The notes below the pieces were generated by a model. That model searched no databases and had not been told where the DNA came from. It saw nothing but the letters and a program-made list of their open reading frames with translations. Both the position numbers and the translations under genes were made by a program. 64,000 nucleotides of DNA from the human T2T-CHM13v2.0 reference genome, Homo sapiens, in the NCBI RefSeq assembly GCF_009914755.1, contig NC_060945.1; one strand, written 5' to 3'. This document shows positions 1 through 14,174 of this stretch, in pieces. Position 1 is the first letter of the stretch. Every line of letters begins with the position of its first letter.

Positions 1-1477
1 GGAAATGTATATCCTTGGCATAAGTGATGAGGCATTAGGAACATTGTAATATTACGAATTATGTTATTCCTAACCAATATAAGCTTCTTACAACTTGATA
101 TGAAGACTGAATGCCTCAGAAATAGCTGCAAGAAAAAAATGTATATTTTCCTAGGTGATAGAGTTTGATGATCACTAAGTTGTATTTTTAAAAGTGCCAT
201 AAACACTGACCTGAAGTTGTTGCAGGGCTTACTGTAGAAAAATTCTCCAAAGATGCTGGAATAACGTAAAGTTGATTTAACACATGAGTTTATGATATAA
301 ATACATTACAAAACATTGAGTACACCTTGAATATTCATTCAAAGGGCATCTGATCCTTTGGAGTTCCTATTTTATCCTCTGCCATGCTAAGCCTTCCTAT
401 TCATTATTTGGTTGTAATACATTTGATAAATTTCCAGAGTCTGCATATTCTCTCTATGCAGTTTACTTATGCAAAAAGTTTGCTTTATTTTATATCTATT
501 TAAGAAAGATATCCGTTTATTAATCATAGTTCTATAGAATAATTTACATTTGAGCCAACTAATATAACATGATACGCCACATCTTGGCATACCTAGAACC
601 ACTTGTTTTACACTAAAACATATGAAGGTAACAATTGCAAAACAATCTTTCACATAATGAATATTTCCTTGGAACTAAGTGGTATATAAGTAAAAAGTGC
701 TTTGCACATAGAAGACAAAAGCTGGCAATTTTCTTCAAACTTTAACATGTTTGATAGTTTTAAAAGGATAGACTCACCTATGCAAGATATAAAGGAAATC
801 AAAGCATATCTCATGAAAAGTCATGTGGTGAATTTGTTTTTATTCAAGACTATATTGATGATAAGTGGGCTAAGAAGTATATTCGTTTCTACTAACTAGG
901 TGGTTTATTTCAGCATTTCATCATTTTTGAATTGTGTTGGTTCTATAAAACCTATTGAAGTTTTGTAAATGATACATGGTAGAGTGTTGACACTGAAGAT
1001 AAAATAAAATTTATGTGACTTTTCATAAATAATATGGTTAAATTTTTTATGTTTGACAGTGTATTATACACAACTTCAAGATATCTATGTAATTCTTAAC
1101 TAAATTTAAAACTATAAATTTGAAAATTCACATGATACAAATGGATATTAAACTGAAATACCTACAATTAACTTGGTACCGTGTTTATAAATGTGTTTTA
1201 ACACAATTCAACAAGTTAAATGTAACTTCTACTTGTTGAGAATATTCTTGGGCTGATGTTGTAAAACAGTTTATTACATTTGTGGTACTAATTCTAAATT
1301 AACTCAAAGGATATGGTTTCATTGAATAAACATTTAATTTTAAAAATCACAAACTCTCTTCCCCCAGATGATCCAAATATAGGAAATCGTGAAAAAAAGT
1401 TTCAGCATATCTGTCAATTTGCTTGCCAGAACAGACCATCAGAAACCAATGCACATTCAAATAGAGATAGTAAGATG

Positions 1478-1660
1478 ACAACTTTGGGGCCTGTTGGAGG
1501 ATGGGCGGTGGGAGGAGGCAGAGAATGAGGAGAAATAACTAACAGGTGCTAGGCTTAATAACTGGGTGATAAAATAATCTATACAACAAACTCCCATGAC
1601 ACAAGTTTACCTATATAACAAACCTGTATATGTACCCTGAAAAGTTAAAAAATAAAAAAT
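1478..1660 (+). mobile_element. L1 3'UTR fragment (older L1PA, about PA11-14)
   Basis: Contains 'aataactaa..ctaggcttaata.ctgggtgat.aaataatct.tacaacaaac.cccatgacacaagtttaccta' followed by an A-rich tail. Confidence 0.8.
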
Positions 1661-2812
1661 GAAAATATTCATTTTTCCATGCCAAAAAAGAAAAATGACT
1701 ATGAAAAAAATCAACTAAAATTGTTCAAAGATAAAAACATTACAAACAAACTAGTATAAAGGTTAAGAGGGCAGACATTAGGATCAGACCACAGAGGTCA
1801 GAATGCCTAAGTCTAAATGACTGTGTGAAAAAGGCCATTTACCAAAAGTATCTGTGTTTTGGTCTTCTCCCTGATTGGGGGATAGTAATGACATCACATA
1901 AGAGGATTAATGTAGAGAGTAAAAATGTTGATAGATAAACCACCTGTTCTAGCTAATAATAGCCAGTAGTAGTTTTCAGCTCATCTGAATCAAAGATTTA
2001 AAATAGACAGTCTCTGCTCAAACAGCTGTGACATGGGTCCAAACCATCAGTAGAGGAAGGACTAAGAATTTATCTTCTTGCTGAACAGCAGCTGCAACAT
2101 GTTGCAGGAGACTCAATCAAAGAGGAAACTATGCTTGATGAAACAATGCTCTGAAGAGAAGCAACTAGAGATCTACAATCTCATATCTACTATTAGAAAA
2201 TAAACAAAGAAAACTCCTGGATGTTTTTATGTATTTGATTTAGAGGCAAACATACCGATTGATCTCATTTTGTAGCAAAAATTAGTTGAACTAATTAAAT
2301 AGTTAGGCTATTTAGAGTTTCTCTTTATTCCCCTCGGTGTAGATATTTATGTATTGGCTAACTTTCTAACATCCAAAAATTTCGGAATTCCAAAATGTAT
2401 TTGGTCCCAAGGTTTATGGGTAAGGGATTGAATCTGGATGACCTTGGCAAATTACTACTGTTCTCAACAATACTCAATAAGGACACTGTGTTTGTTGAAT
2501 TGAATTGAATGAAGGATAATTAGAATGGAAAATTTGGAACAATCTAAGCATTTACAATCGTATTTTTTATTATTTTTGATGTTCCATATTTCTTCTTTTT
2601 TGGTTTATTCTTATGTTAAAATTATTTATCATTTTAAAAATTAATACTTAATTTTTATAAATAGGTAACTGGAAGGGATCAAACTCATTGACTCTACTTT
2701 TTTCTTCTTTTTTTAGCTCCTCAATTAGAAATCGGACCTTGCCACTGGATTTTACAATCTAACAATGTCTAGAGAGAGTTCCTGAAGTCAGGGTGTGCTT
2801 GAACGGTGCAAA

Positions 2813-3087
2813 GAATGCGTAAGACCCACAAACTTCTGTGCATGCCAACACTCTCAGAATCTCCTTGGAATGCATAAGACCCACAAACTTCCGTGCATGC
2901 CAACACTCTCAGAATCTCCTTGGAATGCATAAGACCCACAAACTTCTGTGCATGCCAACACTCTCAGAATCTCCTTGGAATGCATAAGACCCACAAACTT
3001 CTGTGCATGCCAACACTCTCAGAATCTCCTTGGAATGCATAAGACCCACAAACTTCTGTGCATGCCAACACTCTCAGAATCTCCTTG
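2813..3087. repeat. Minisatellite, 5 x 55 bp
   Basis: Unit GAATGCATAAGACCCACAAACTTCTGTGCATGCCAACACTCTCAGAATCTCCTTG starts at 2813, 2868, 2923, 2978 and 3033. Only two substitutions across all copies. Confidence 0.97.
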
Positions 3088-3297
3088 ATATTTGGTATTT
3101 TATAAACTTTTTCTCATTGATAAGTTTCTTCAAATGCGGTTTCTTCAGATTTCACTTTTCTCATGTAAATGTGTCACCTCAGGCAATAAGACATGTTCCT
3201 AAGGTCAAGCATGATTCCACTTCCTCCCTGGTATATTGCTAGAATTTTAATTTCATAGCTTAATGATTCAAAGAAATCAAATAATGTTCACACATAC

Positions 3298-3449
3298 CTA
3301 GGATATCAACGCTGTTCAAATCAATATGGAAAGTGACCAGTTGGCTGGATTTATTTGCTTCAAGGCCTTGAATCAGTTCTTCTTTTACATTTTCATCTGA
3401 CACCCACTGGGCAAAGAAAAGGTCAAATACGACTATAATGCTGCCATTT
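3298..3449 (-). CDS. TMPRSS15: Enteropeptidase coding exon 4 (SEA domain C-half with GSIIV motif)
   Basis: ttgcag|A AAT GGC AGC ATT...GAT ATC CTA G|gtatgt gives (E)NGSIIVVFDLFFAQWVSDENVKEELIQGLEANKSSQLVTFHIDLNSVDIL, contained in ORF 3260..3511. 152 nt; cumulative 496 nt. The gene continues beyond the left edge, and I could not find the next exon in 1-3297. Confidence 0.98.
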
Positions 3450-4959
3450 CTGCAAAGCAAAAGAGGATATAAGAGGAAAAAGTCAGCCATCTTCCACTGA
3501 TTTGTGTTCAATTCATGTTAAATGTCTTTGAAATTCTCTATAGTTATCATCTTGCTAATTCTCATTATACCTGTGTAAGGTAGTCACTTCAAATCTTATC
3601 TTTATTTCATGAGGGAAAGAAAAAGTGAATTGAAAGACTAAATGCTTTTTTGAGAAGAGAAACTCCAAAGTAGATGCAAAATTGAAATCTGAGTTTTCTG
3701 AGTTCCACGTTCAAGTACTCATCCCCAGGCCAGGATGTTCCTGAGACCCTTGTGTTAAAATCACGTGGTCTCTTTGCACTTACTCTGATTTTACTGTTTG
3801 GAGAAAAGAAGGGTATGGATTTGTAGTTTTTCATGGATAATTTCTAAGTTGGGGGAAATCTAAGGTAGTTTCACTGGTTTCAAAGAAAATTTTTCTACAT
3901 AGTTTTAAAAGGCCTGATAGCAAGCTTATGGCAACTAATCTATATCTCCCTCTTCTTCTCTATTTTGCTTAATATAAAATATCAAAATATGCCCTGATTT
4001 CAAGGGATAGAAAGAAAACAAGGGTATCTGGGTCTATTAGGGATTCACAAGAAATTCAATCTCAGGTCCATGAGTCGGGATTGTCTTGCCTGCATGATCT
4101 CCAAACATAGCATTAGAGTTCAGCCATATAGCCCTAATCATCTTCCCCCTTGATTTTATCCCCTGCTCTGTACCATGCATTTTAAAAGGTAACTTTTTTT
4201 CAGTGTAAAGAAAGAGAAAAATGAATAAATTTTTGGTGAATAGGGATACTTGGGAGATTTTTGCCCTCCTGCTTACATTTCTATTTGCCATATGCTATCA
4301 TTTTAGGGTATGACCACTTGGGAGACAAACTATAGCTCTGATATTTATTCTATACCCCTCAATAAACTCTAGGCACTCACGGTATACTTGGCTGCTTAAG
4401 ACACAGACTAGGGCAAACTAAATTTTGCATGATATGTTTGCTGGTTTTGAATTATGGGAGTTATATATTCTTGTGATATATGTAAGTTTATGAGCTTGTT
4501 GAAGGATTTTCTCAAGTCCAGTAGAATTCTTTATTTATCTCTCCATCTATCTATCTTGATAGAACCTACAGTAAATGTTATTTTTTCTTCCATGACTGGA
4601 TATAGAACTAGAATATTCCTGAAAGATCACAGTAGATCAGCATCTCCACTAGGGGGAGTATATTCCTTCTTCGTGTCCATGGCACTATTCAGTTTCACAG
4701 TAATTCATTTCCAGGAAGCTGGTCTTTCATTTTTAAAATGAACAAGATGATATAATATTTTTGATATAATATTTTTATAATTCACATGTATTAAATAAAT
4801 TATATAAAATGATAGAAGGTTTAACTTTCTAATCATTTGCTTAAATTATAGTAGCCAAATCTTGTAAATGAGAAGGTTCCCTAGTAACTGTTTAGTTCAG
4901 GGTTTCCCAAACTTACCCATACATGAAATCACTGTTGTCCTTGGTAATGATACATTTCG

Positions 4960-5775
<816 letters not shown>

Positions 5776-7267
5776 TCTAACAAGCATACAACTGTCAGCC
5801 CCTATTCCATGTTTATATGAACAGAAGGTAATTACTCTATTTTTGAAGCTGAATATTGGCCAATATTTTCATTTTAGCAATGAGGACACTGAGGCTTAGA
5901 GTAATGTAGGTAACTTTGCCTAGGGTTATACAGCTTGTTAGTGTCAGAGATAGAAAAGAAACCTAGGGAATCTGTTTCCCTAATGTGTTTTTATATAATT
6001 CCCATCCCCCCACACTCAACAACACTTTTATCAATTCTATTCTGAACTATTTATCAGCAGGAAAGAGGCTACAGCACATTTACCCTAAAGGCATGTCCAG
6101 GTATTTTATTCTGTTGCATAGTTAGCAGAATTTTATATACAAATAGATGAAAAAAACAGCTGGTTGGATATTTTTGGGGAGAAGGGAAAGATATTTATTT
6201 CTGCAATACTTCCAAAAGATAGAGCACTGCCTTTTTTCCTCCTCCTCTTCTTCCTTCTTCTTTTCCTCCTACTCCTTTTTCTTTTTTACATTATGTCTTC
6301 CTAATCAACCTCACTTTCCAAGATAGTTAAATGGACAGGATTGATTGTGGTTAAAATGAAGTGAGAGTGAACAATATTAATTATTTTCTCTCTCTCCAAT
6401 CCCCCATCTTCATTTTATCTTTGGTTGCAGACCAGAAAACTTAAATTCTGATTAAATCTGTTTTATTTCTATGTAATTTCACCGGTTCAATTTGACTGAA
6501 CACTTGCTTTCATTTTATTTGAGTTACGGAGTAAAAGAGGTAAGGTATTTTGGGCAAAGAAAATACAAATCTGGAATTTTGCTTCACTGAGTTGAAAGTA
6601 ACTGGATTAGTTCATCCTCAGGCATAAAACATTTTTCTTTGAAAGGTGTGTTCTCTTAGTTGTGAATTATGCATTACATTTAATAATTTATACTTTGCAA
6701 GGATAGGAGTTGCATATCCTATATCCACATAAAGTTGTAGCCTTTAAAATTTATTTTCTTATTTAGTGGAAATGTTGAGATGAGAGAGATAAAGCAGAAA
6801 TAAAAAAAGTTGTAATAATCATTTGTGATTCACCTCATAAGAAAGCTGAAGCTGTTTAGTTGTTTAGTAATGAAATGAGAATTCTTCCTTTAGGTTAAAA
6901 AAAATGACCATTTTCATTTCAAAGTACTAGTCCTTGTAAAATAACAGTTTTTCTCTAAGGCAGAGAAATCCTACTATGGTACAGAAAGCTTGAGTATAAT
7001 AGAGCAAAATATTAGTTATCTCATATATTCCTTAATGATATTGGTAACCTTTAGGGCTGCTGAGTAAACAAGTCTTTCCTTTCCTAACTTTGTGGCTTAT
7101 CTGTGCTCAAAGGGCAAAAGAAACTGCATGTTGCCACAAAGGGTAAATAGTTCTTTATTAAAATAATCAAATGCTAAATGTTCTGGTGAAAGCACTTTCC
7201 ACAAAGCAGAATGAATGAAAGTATTCCCCAAATAGACCAAACCATTTGCTTACCCTGAAGAGTAGCT

Positions 7268-7271
7268 ACAC

Positions 7272-7316
<45 letters not shown>

Positions 7317-7319
7317 CAC
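7268..7319. repeat. (CA)n microsatellite
   Basis: Interrupted CA run. Confidence 0.95.
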
Positions 7320-7810
7320 CCCAAAATCATACAAGTTAGTAAGTGGCAGAGATTGGCATTAAATATTGTGAAAGTAAGAGAAAATAGTTCAATGACTAAA
7401 TCTAGTATTGGAGTGCTAGAATTTGATCATATACACATACATGGTGTGAGTTTAATTAAAATCTATAACAAAAATGTAAATAGGTATTTTAAAGGATTTA
7501 TAGATATACAGTTGACGTAGGTACTGTTAGGTGAGAACTCAGTTATTTCTGTTTCTGATTTTATCAATTGGATTTTTAAATTAAAATAATTTATAAAGTT
7601 AATAATGAGTCTTCTACTGTTTCCTATGAGTGGAATACGTATATTTGTAGGTGATTATTTAAGGTAAAGTAATCCTAAGTGTTTCATTGTTACTCTCTCT
7701 CCTGCTCCTGATTTCCTTTTTCTATCCTCCTCTTCTAGGTCTCCCAAAAGAGCAACAATGTGATTTATCTAACAGACGTTTTTATGAAATTCCTTTGCAT
7801 TGCACTTTTC

Positions 7811-9316
7811 AAAAACTCACTTCTGATTTAATGGCAGCTCAGCTACCACCAGAGGGAAGTATCTCTACACTGATGAAGTACATTATTTGACAGTCATTAT
7901 AAAATATTTGTCAAGGTCTGGGCACGGTACTGGCCTCCTAGGTAGCTATAAAGGAGGGGAAACAAACAATCCCTAAGCTCAAATAATTTACAGTTTCATA
8001 TGTGGTGATTTTGTCATCTAGAGAAATAAAAGATTACTTACTAAATATCAGAAAAATTTGGGATTTTGGTAGCCCACCAGGCCTATATATAAAAGTCTAT
8101 ATTCATCAAATTTTCCCAACCTAATGTAAGTGAAGTTATCCAGCATGTTGTAGACATGTAAACATAAAGGGTTCCATTAGCAAAACTATTCTGATAAACT
8201 CTGCAATGGACACTGTGCTTTCTGTATGGATTTCACTAGGCAAAGCCCAATTCAAGAGAGGCAGGCACCTAGAATACCTCTCCTTAAAGGAGGTTAAAGC
8301 CTTTTGGAAATAAATCTGAATTGATGCTTTACTGCAGCTCTCCAGACTCAATCCTCTACAAAACTAGAAAAGAGAAATTCGTTTCATTCACCACAACGTA
8401 GACAAATAGCTTAAAGTGAACCAACAAAAAATAAAACTTTCCCGTGTAATGTTACACTCACAAAATAAAGACTAAGTACGCATTTTTATTAGCATTTTGA
8501 AAAAGTTAAAATAATTAACCTTTCCTGCATGTCTGTGTTTCTCCTTTTAGTTCTGATATTGGACCAATGAAAGAGGCTAAGAGATTATACACTCTGGAAA
8601 CAGAGGGAAGGGACTATGTACTGTAGGTAGGAAGGAAGACAGCAGATGGGTGTAGGGGCAGCTCCTGGGATTAAGATGTCAGAAATATGCAATAGAGTAA
8701 AGAATGATATGATAGATAAGGAAATAAAGAAAATAAAGACAAGAGAAAGAAAGAAAGAAGAAAAAAAGAGAAAGAGAAAGAAAGAAAGATGGAAGGAAGG
8801 AAAGAAAGACAAGAGAAAGAAAAGAAAAAGAAAGAAAGGAAAGAAGGAAGGAAGGAAAGAAAGAAAAGAAAAAAAGAAAGGAGGGAGGGAGGCAGGGAGG
8901 GAAGGAAGAAGTAAATTAAGGAAGGAAGGAAGGAAGGGAGGAAGATTAAACCTTTTTGCATAAAAAGATAAAGCTTTCATTGTGTCTGTATTTGATAAGA
9001 TTAAAAATTCACCTCTGATTTAATAGTAGCACAGCTACCACCAGGGGAAACCATCTCTACACTGATGAAGTATATTATTTGAGAATCATTATAAAATATT
9101 TATCAAGGTTTGAGCACTGTACTGGCCTCCTTGGTAGCTATAAAGAGGGGAAAGAAATAATTCCTAAACTCAAATAATTTACAATTTTAAATATAGTGAA
9201 TTTGCCACTTAGAGAAATAAAAGATTATTTACTAAATATCAAAGAAAAATTCTGCGATTTTCATAGCCTACCAGGCCTATATATAAAAGTCTATGTTCAT
9301 CAGGTTTTGTTCCAAC
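7811..9316 (+). repeat. Local direct duplication of ~310 bp (7811-8120 and 9003-9316)
   Basis: Colinear blocks such as 'atctctacactgatgaagta', 'tagagaaataaaagatta' and 'ccaggcctatatataaaagtctat' occur in both copies; roughly 80% identical by eye. Confidence 0.93.
8715..8945. repeat. Polypurine (GAAA/GGAA) low-complexity tract
   Basis: About 230 nt almost entirely A/G; source of the spurious ORFs at 8585-8980. Confidence 0.95.
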
Positions 9317-9979
9317 AGGAGATGGGAAGGCACTGAGGTTTCTTTTGACCATTAAATAAGCTTCATTTGACCTTCTGCCATTGTTTTTCTAAGCATAATC
9401 TCTTTTACCTTTGATTTGACTTTCCTACCTCTTTTTGGTCACTAAAACTAAGGATTCTGTTACTGATGTCAGAACTTTTGTGATGATCCGATACCAATTA
9501 TTTTGTCCTTAGGATCTTTGATTCAGTTGTTCCTTACCTGAGATGTGAGACTAACCTTTCTATAAAGTCAGGCTCACTGTGTATCTCCAATGTCCTACCA
9601 GTCCCCTATGACTTTAATTTGGCACGAGTTCATTGTCACACTCTTAGGTTTATATTTAGCACATTCATGATGTCTCAACATCTTCTTAGTAGCCCTCAAT
9701 GCCAGCTCTATTATATCCTCAACATGCTACGTTATTTTTTATCTTTATCCGAAATGGCTTTCCTTGTCTTCTCCACTCAAGTAGTCCCTATCTATGCCTT
9801 TCAGACACTGTCCCACATTTTTCATAAAACTTTCCATGACCCACCCTTTCAAGTCAAGGGACTCCTTCACACAGTAACATGCCTGTGCTTTTGGAGAACT
9901 ATTTAAGAATTCTCAAGTTAGTTTATTTCTTGTAACAAAAAGTTAAAGCCATGGTAACTGTATAATTATTTTTATAGCC

Positions 9980-10074
9980 ATAGGATGAAGATTAAATGAA
10001 AAGATGCTAATCTCTAACATAATATTAATAGGATGAAGATTAAATGAAAAAATGATAACCTCTAACATAATATT
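9980..10074. repeat. Tandem duplication, 2 x 48 bp
   Basis: 'ataggatgaagattaaatgaaaa(g/a)atg(c/a)taa(t/c)ctctaacataatatt' at 9980 and 10028. Confidence 0.9.
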
Positions 10075-10104
10075 CATTATGTTAATAACAGCTGCTAAAT
10101 AATT

Positions 10105-10430
10105 TTTCATTCATTTGCTAAGACTTTATAGAATACATATGCTGTGGTGGGCATTAGTTAGGTTCTGAAAATACAGGTATCAAAGATACATTCTCTGCCC
10201 TAAGAGAGCTCCTAGCCTAGTAAGGAGATAGACAAATCAACAATTATGCTATAGTGTGAGAATTGTACTTTAAATGTAGATACATGGTGCTAAATGCACA
10301 GGGGGAAGAAGTACCTAAACCAGACTAGAGTGTCAGTTAAGTGTCCCAGGGAAGGCGACATGGACTGGTTCTTAATGGGTTGTGAGGATGGAATATAAGA
10401 AAGGATGCAATAATAAGGAGAGAAAATGAG
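10105..10430 (-). mobile_element. L2 remnant (probably continues at ~12680-12960 beyond the THE1 insertion)
   Basis: 'ttcattcattt...ctctgccctaagagagctcctagcctagtaaggagatagac' resembles the reverse of the L2 3' end. Confidence 0.55.
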
Positions 10431-10438
10431 AGTGCCAG

Positions 10439-12675
10439 TATATTAATCCATTTTTACACTACTATAAAGAAATACCTGAGACTGGGTAATTTATAAAATA
10501 AAGAAGTTTAATTGGCTTACAGTTCCACATGGCTGGGGAGGCCTCAGAAACTTACAATCAGGTTGGAAGCCTAAGGGGAAGCAAGGACCTTCTTCACGTG
10601 GTGGCAGAAGAGAGAAGAGTGTGAAGGGGGAAGAAGCCCTTATGAAACCATCAGATCTCATAAGAACTCACACACTGTCATGAGAACAGCATGTGGGAAA
10701 CTGCCTTCATGACCCAATCACCTCACACCAGGTACCTCTCTCAACATGTAGGGATTACAATTGGAGATGAGATTTGTGTGGGGACACAGAGCCAAACCAT
10801 ATCATTCTGCTTCAGGCCCCTCCCAAATCTCATGCCCTCACATTTCAGAACACAATCATGCCTTCCCAACAGTCCCTCAAAGTTTTAACTCATTTCAGCA
10901 TTAATTCAAAAGTCCAAAGTCCAAAGTCTCATCTGAGACTAGACAAGGCTCTTCTGCCTATGAGTATGTAAAATCAAAAACAAGTTCATTACTTCCAAGA
11001 TACAAAGGGGTTACAAGCACTGAATAAATGCTACCATTCCAAATGGAAAAAAATTTGGACAAAACAAAGGGGCTACAGGCCCCATGCAACTCCAAAATCC
11101 AGCAGGGCAGTCATTAAATCTTAAAGCTCCAAAATAATCTCCTTTGACTCCATGTCTCACATCCACGGCATGCTAATGCAAGGGGTGGGCTCTGATGGTC
11201 TTGGGCAGCTCCACCCTAGTGGCTTTGAAGCATACAGCTCCCCTACCCCCACTGGCTGCTTTCACAGCTGGCATTGAGTGTCTGCAGTTTTTCCAGGCAC
11301 ACGGTGTGAGATGTCAGTGGATCTACCATTCTGTGGTCTGGAGGACGGTGGCTGTCTTCTCCAGAGTCAGCCCAGGGGGGACTCTGTGTGGGGGCTCTAG
11401 CCACACATTTTCCTTCTGCACTGCTCTAGCAGAAGTTCTCCATGAGAGTTCTGCCCCTGCAGCAGACTTCTGCCTACATATCCAGATGTTTCCATACATC
11501 CTCTGAAATCTAGGCAGAGGTTCCCAAACTTTAATTCTTGACTTCTGTGTACCTGCGGGCCCACGTGGAAGTTGCCAAAGTGTAGAGCTTGCACCCTCTT
11601 AAGCAATGGCCTGACCTGTACACTGGGCCCTTTTAGCCATGGCTGGAGCTGGAGTGGCTGGGACGCAGGGCACCAAGCCCCAAGGCTGTACACAGCAGTG
11701 GGGTCCTGGGCCCCATCCACAAACCATTTTTCCTCCTAGGCCTCCAGGCCTGTGATGGGAGGTCCTGCTATGAAGAACTCTGACATGCCACGGAGACATG
11801 TTCACCATTGTCTTGGCGAATAACATTTGACTCCTCATTACTTATGCAAATTTCTGTAGCTGGCTTCAATTTGTCCCCAGGAAATGGGTTTTTCTTTCTG
11901 CCACATAGTTAGCCTGCAAATTTTCCAAACTTTTATACTCTGTCACCTGTTGAAAATTTTGCTGTTTAGAAATTTCTCCTGCCAGATACCTTAAATCATC
12001 ACTCTCAAGTTCAAAATTCCACAGATCTCTAGGGCAGGGGCAAAATGCTGCCAATCTCTTTGTTAAAGGATAGTAAGAATAACCTTTGGTCCCTTTTCCA
12101 ATAAGTTCCTGATCTCCATCTGAGATCACCTCAACCTGGACTTCATCGTCCATATCACTCTTAGCATTTTGGTCAAATCCATTCAACAAGTCTCTGAGAA
12201 GACTCCTTCCCGTCTTCTTCTGAGTTCTCCAAACTACTCCAACCTCTGCCTGTTACCCAGTTCCAATGTCACTTCCACATTTTCGGTTATCTTTATGGCA
12301 GTACCCCATTCCTGGTGCCAATTAGTCTTTTTTCACACTGCTATAAAGATACTACTCAAAACTGGGTAATTTATAAAGGAAGGAAGTTTAATTGACTCAC
12401 AGTTCTGCATGACTGGGGAGGCCTCAGGAAACTTAAAATCATGGCAGAAGGTGAAGAAGCAGCAAGTACTTTCTTCACAAGGTGGCAGGAAAGAGAGAGA
12501 GTGGGGGAAACTGCCACTTATAAAACCATCAGATCTCATGAGAACTCATCCACTATCATAAGAACAGCATGGGAGAAACTGCCCCCATTCCAATCACCTC
12601 CCACCAGGTCCCTCCCTCAACATGTCGGGATTACAACTTGAGATGAGATTTGAGTGGGGACACAGAGCCATATCA
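10439..12675 (-). mobile_element. Full-structure MaLR element, THE1D-like (LTR 12321-12675, internal 10805-12320, LTR 10439-10804)
   Basis: Two LTRs ending in ...ccatatca (reverse of TGATATGG) flank typical THE1-int sequence. Degenerate 5-bp TSD gccag/cccag. Same orientation as TMPRSS15. Confidence 0.92.
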
Positions 12676-14174
12676 CCCAGTAACGAAAACATAGATAAAA
12701 GAGAGAAAGCAGGATGGTTTTGAGGGTGTACAGATGATGTGGCAGGACTGAGGCAGAACGCTGTGTCGAGTTGGGGAGGAGAAACAGAAGGCCAGAGTGT
12801 GTTTTGGTGACAGAGCCATGCAGTACACCTGCATTTAGTATGATAGCACTAGAAAAAGTCTTTAGGTATTTAAGGAGTGAGATATGAAGATGGAGAGACA
12901 TTTATTCTCTAAAAAACTAGTAACTACAAGCAGGATCAGTGGATGAAAATCAAAGAAAGAAATAATTTGGTGATAATAATAAAGCATGTTCTAGTACCTA
13001 AAGTTATAAATAATAAACAAAATATACTAATAATCATGATTATTTAATAGGCTGTTTGTAGGATGTCCACAGCAATATTGAAAAAAGATTCCTAATTTTT
13101 GTTAGTCACATTACATGAGAAAATTAAATTTAAGCAGTATGAATCTCTTTCTTTTGTTGGACTAGAATGAATTTTCTTTAGTCTGTGAGCATTCCAGCTC
13201 AAAGCAGTCAAGCAAAGGCTAGACTACACAAGAAAAGAAAAAAATTTTTCTTGCACTATCACACAAACTGTATATACAACCTGACATGTAATGCCTAATA
13301 ACGTTAGTAAAAATTTCTTGACTCTGTCATATCTCCCCAACAATATTTTAAATTCCTCACAGCAGAGATTTTATACCTTAATCATCACATAAATTACTCA
13401 TGCCTAATTTATTATTAATGTCTGTTATAAATTAGTCACTTAACCCAAAGGTGCCCTTTGTAAGTAGGCAATTAAAAACCAAATAGCCTATCAAAACAGA
13501 GAGAGAGAAAACCAGTTCTAAATATACCAATACAAATTAAAATGTCTTAATGATAGTGGTTGAATGAGCTCTTTAATAAAAGACTTTCTCTTAATATCTG
13601 TATTCTCAGAACCTAGTTAAATGTCTGTTTCTAAGTAAGCCCTATATGTGTGTTAAGTACATAAGCGAGCAAATGAATGGATGACTACCTGAACATTTAT
13701 TTAACTCTATGTTGACAGGATAAAAATATTTGCTTCAGTTTTCCAGTATCTCTTTAATATATGTTTTGCCTATTTTTTGAAGTACTCTTTTTAGTGATTC
13801 TACCCTCCCCTTGTGCAAAGCACAGAACAATATTTTATATTTTCATCTTTATCTTTATTCTACTATAGGGGGATTTTAAGTTAGCAATTTATGTTGTATT
13901 TCAAAGCATGCTGTATCTCTCATAGAATTTTAGGGATATTAACCCTGAATAAACTGAAGATTATTTTGGGAAGATAAGGAAAATTCTGCTTTCTAAAGAT
14001 TACAGAAACTACAAGGTAACTTAGTTTCTATCATATCACATTTGAAGAACTGATTTTAAAAGCCTCAGATGAAACAAAAAAAATGTGTCATTTTTCAGGA
14101 GGAGGTAAAGAAAAAGTAAATAATGATAATTTTCATTCTAACCAAACAGATGTTTAAATCTTCATGTATGGCAT

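Noticed and set aside
2813-3087. Regular repeat array superficially like a CRISPR
   Set aside because: Units are head-to-tail with no unique spacers, there are no cas genes, and the context is a human intron; it is a minisatellite.
3450-3511. N-terminal part of ORF 3260..3511 as coding
   Set aside because: It lies in intron 3 upstream of the acceptor; only 3449-3298 matches enteropeptidase.
6431-6539. Plus-strand AG...GT exon-like segment (similarly 8551-8626)
   Set aside because: Antisense to the gene and AT-rich with no other support; expected by chance in 64 kb.
8585-8980. K/R/E-rich and F/L/S-rich ORFs (also 29410-29704 and 32821-33089)
   Set aside because: They are translations of purine/pyrimidine microsatellites that happen to lack stops.
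10439-12675. The two THE1 LTRs differ in their central block, suggesting a chimeric element
   Set aside because: Without a consensus alignment I cannot separate this from ordinary age-related divergence; the TSD supports a single insertion.
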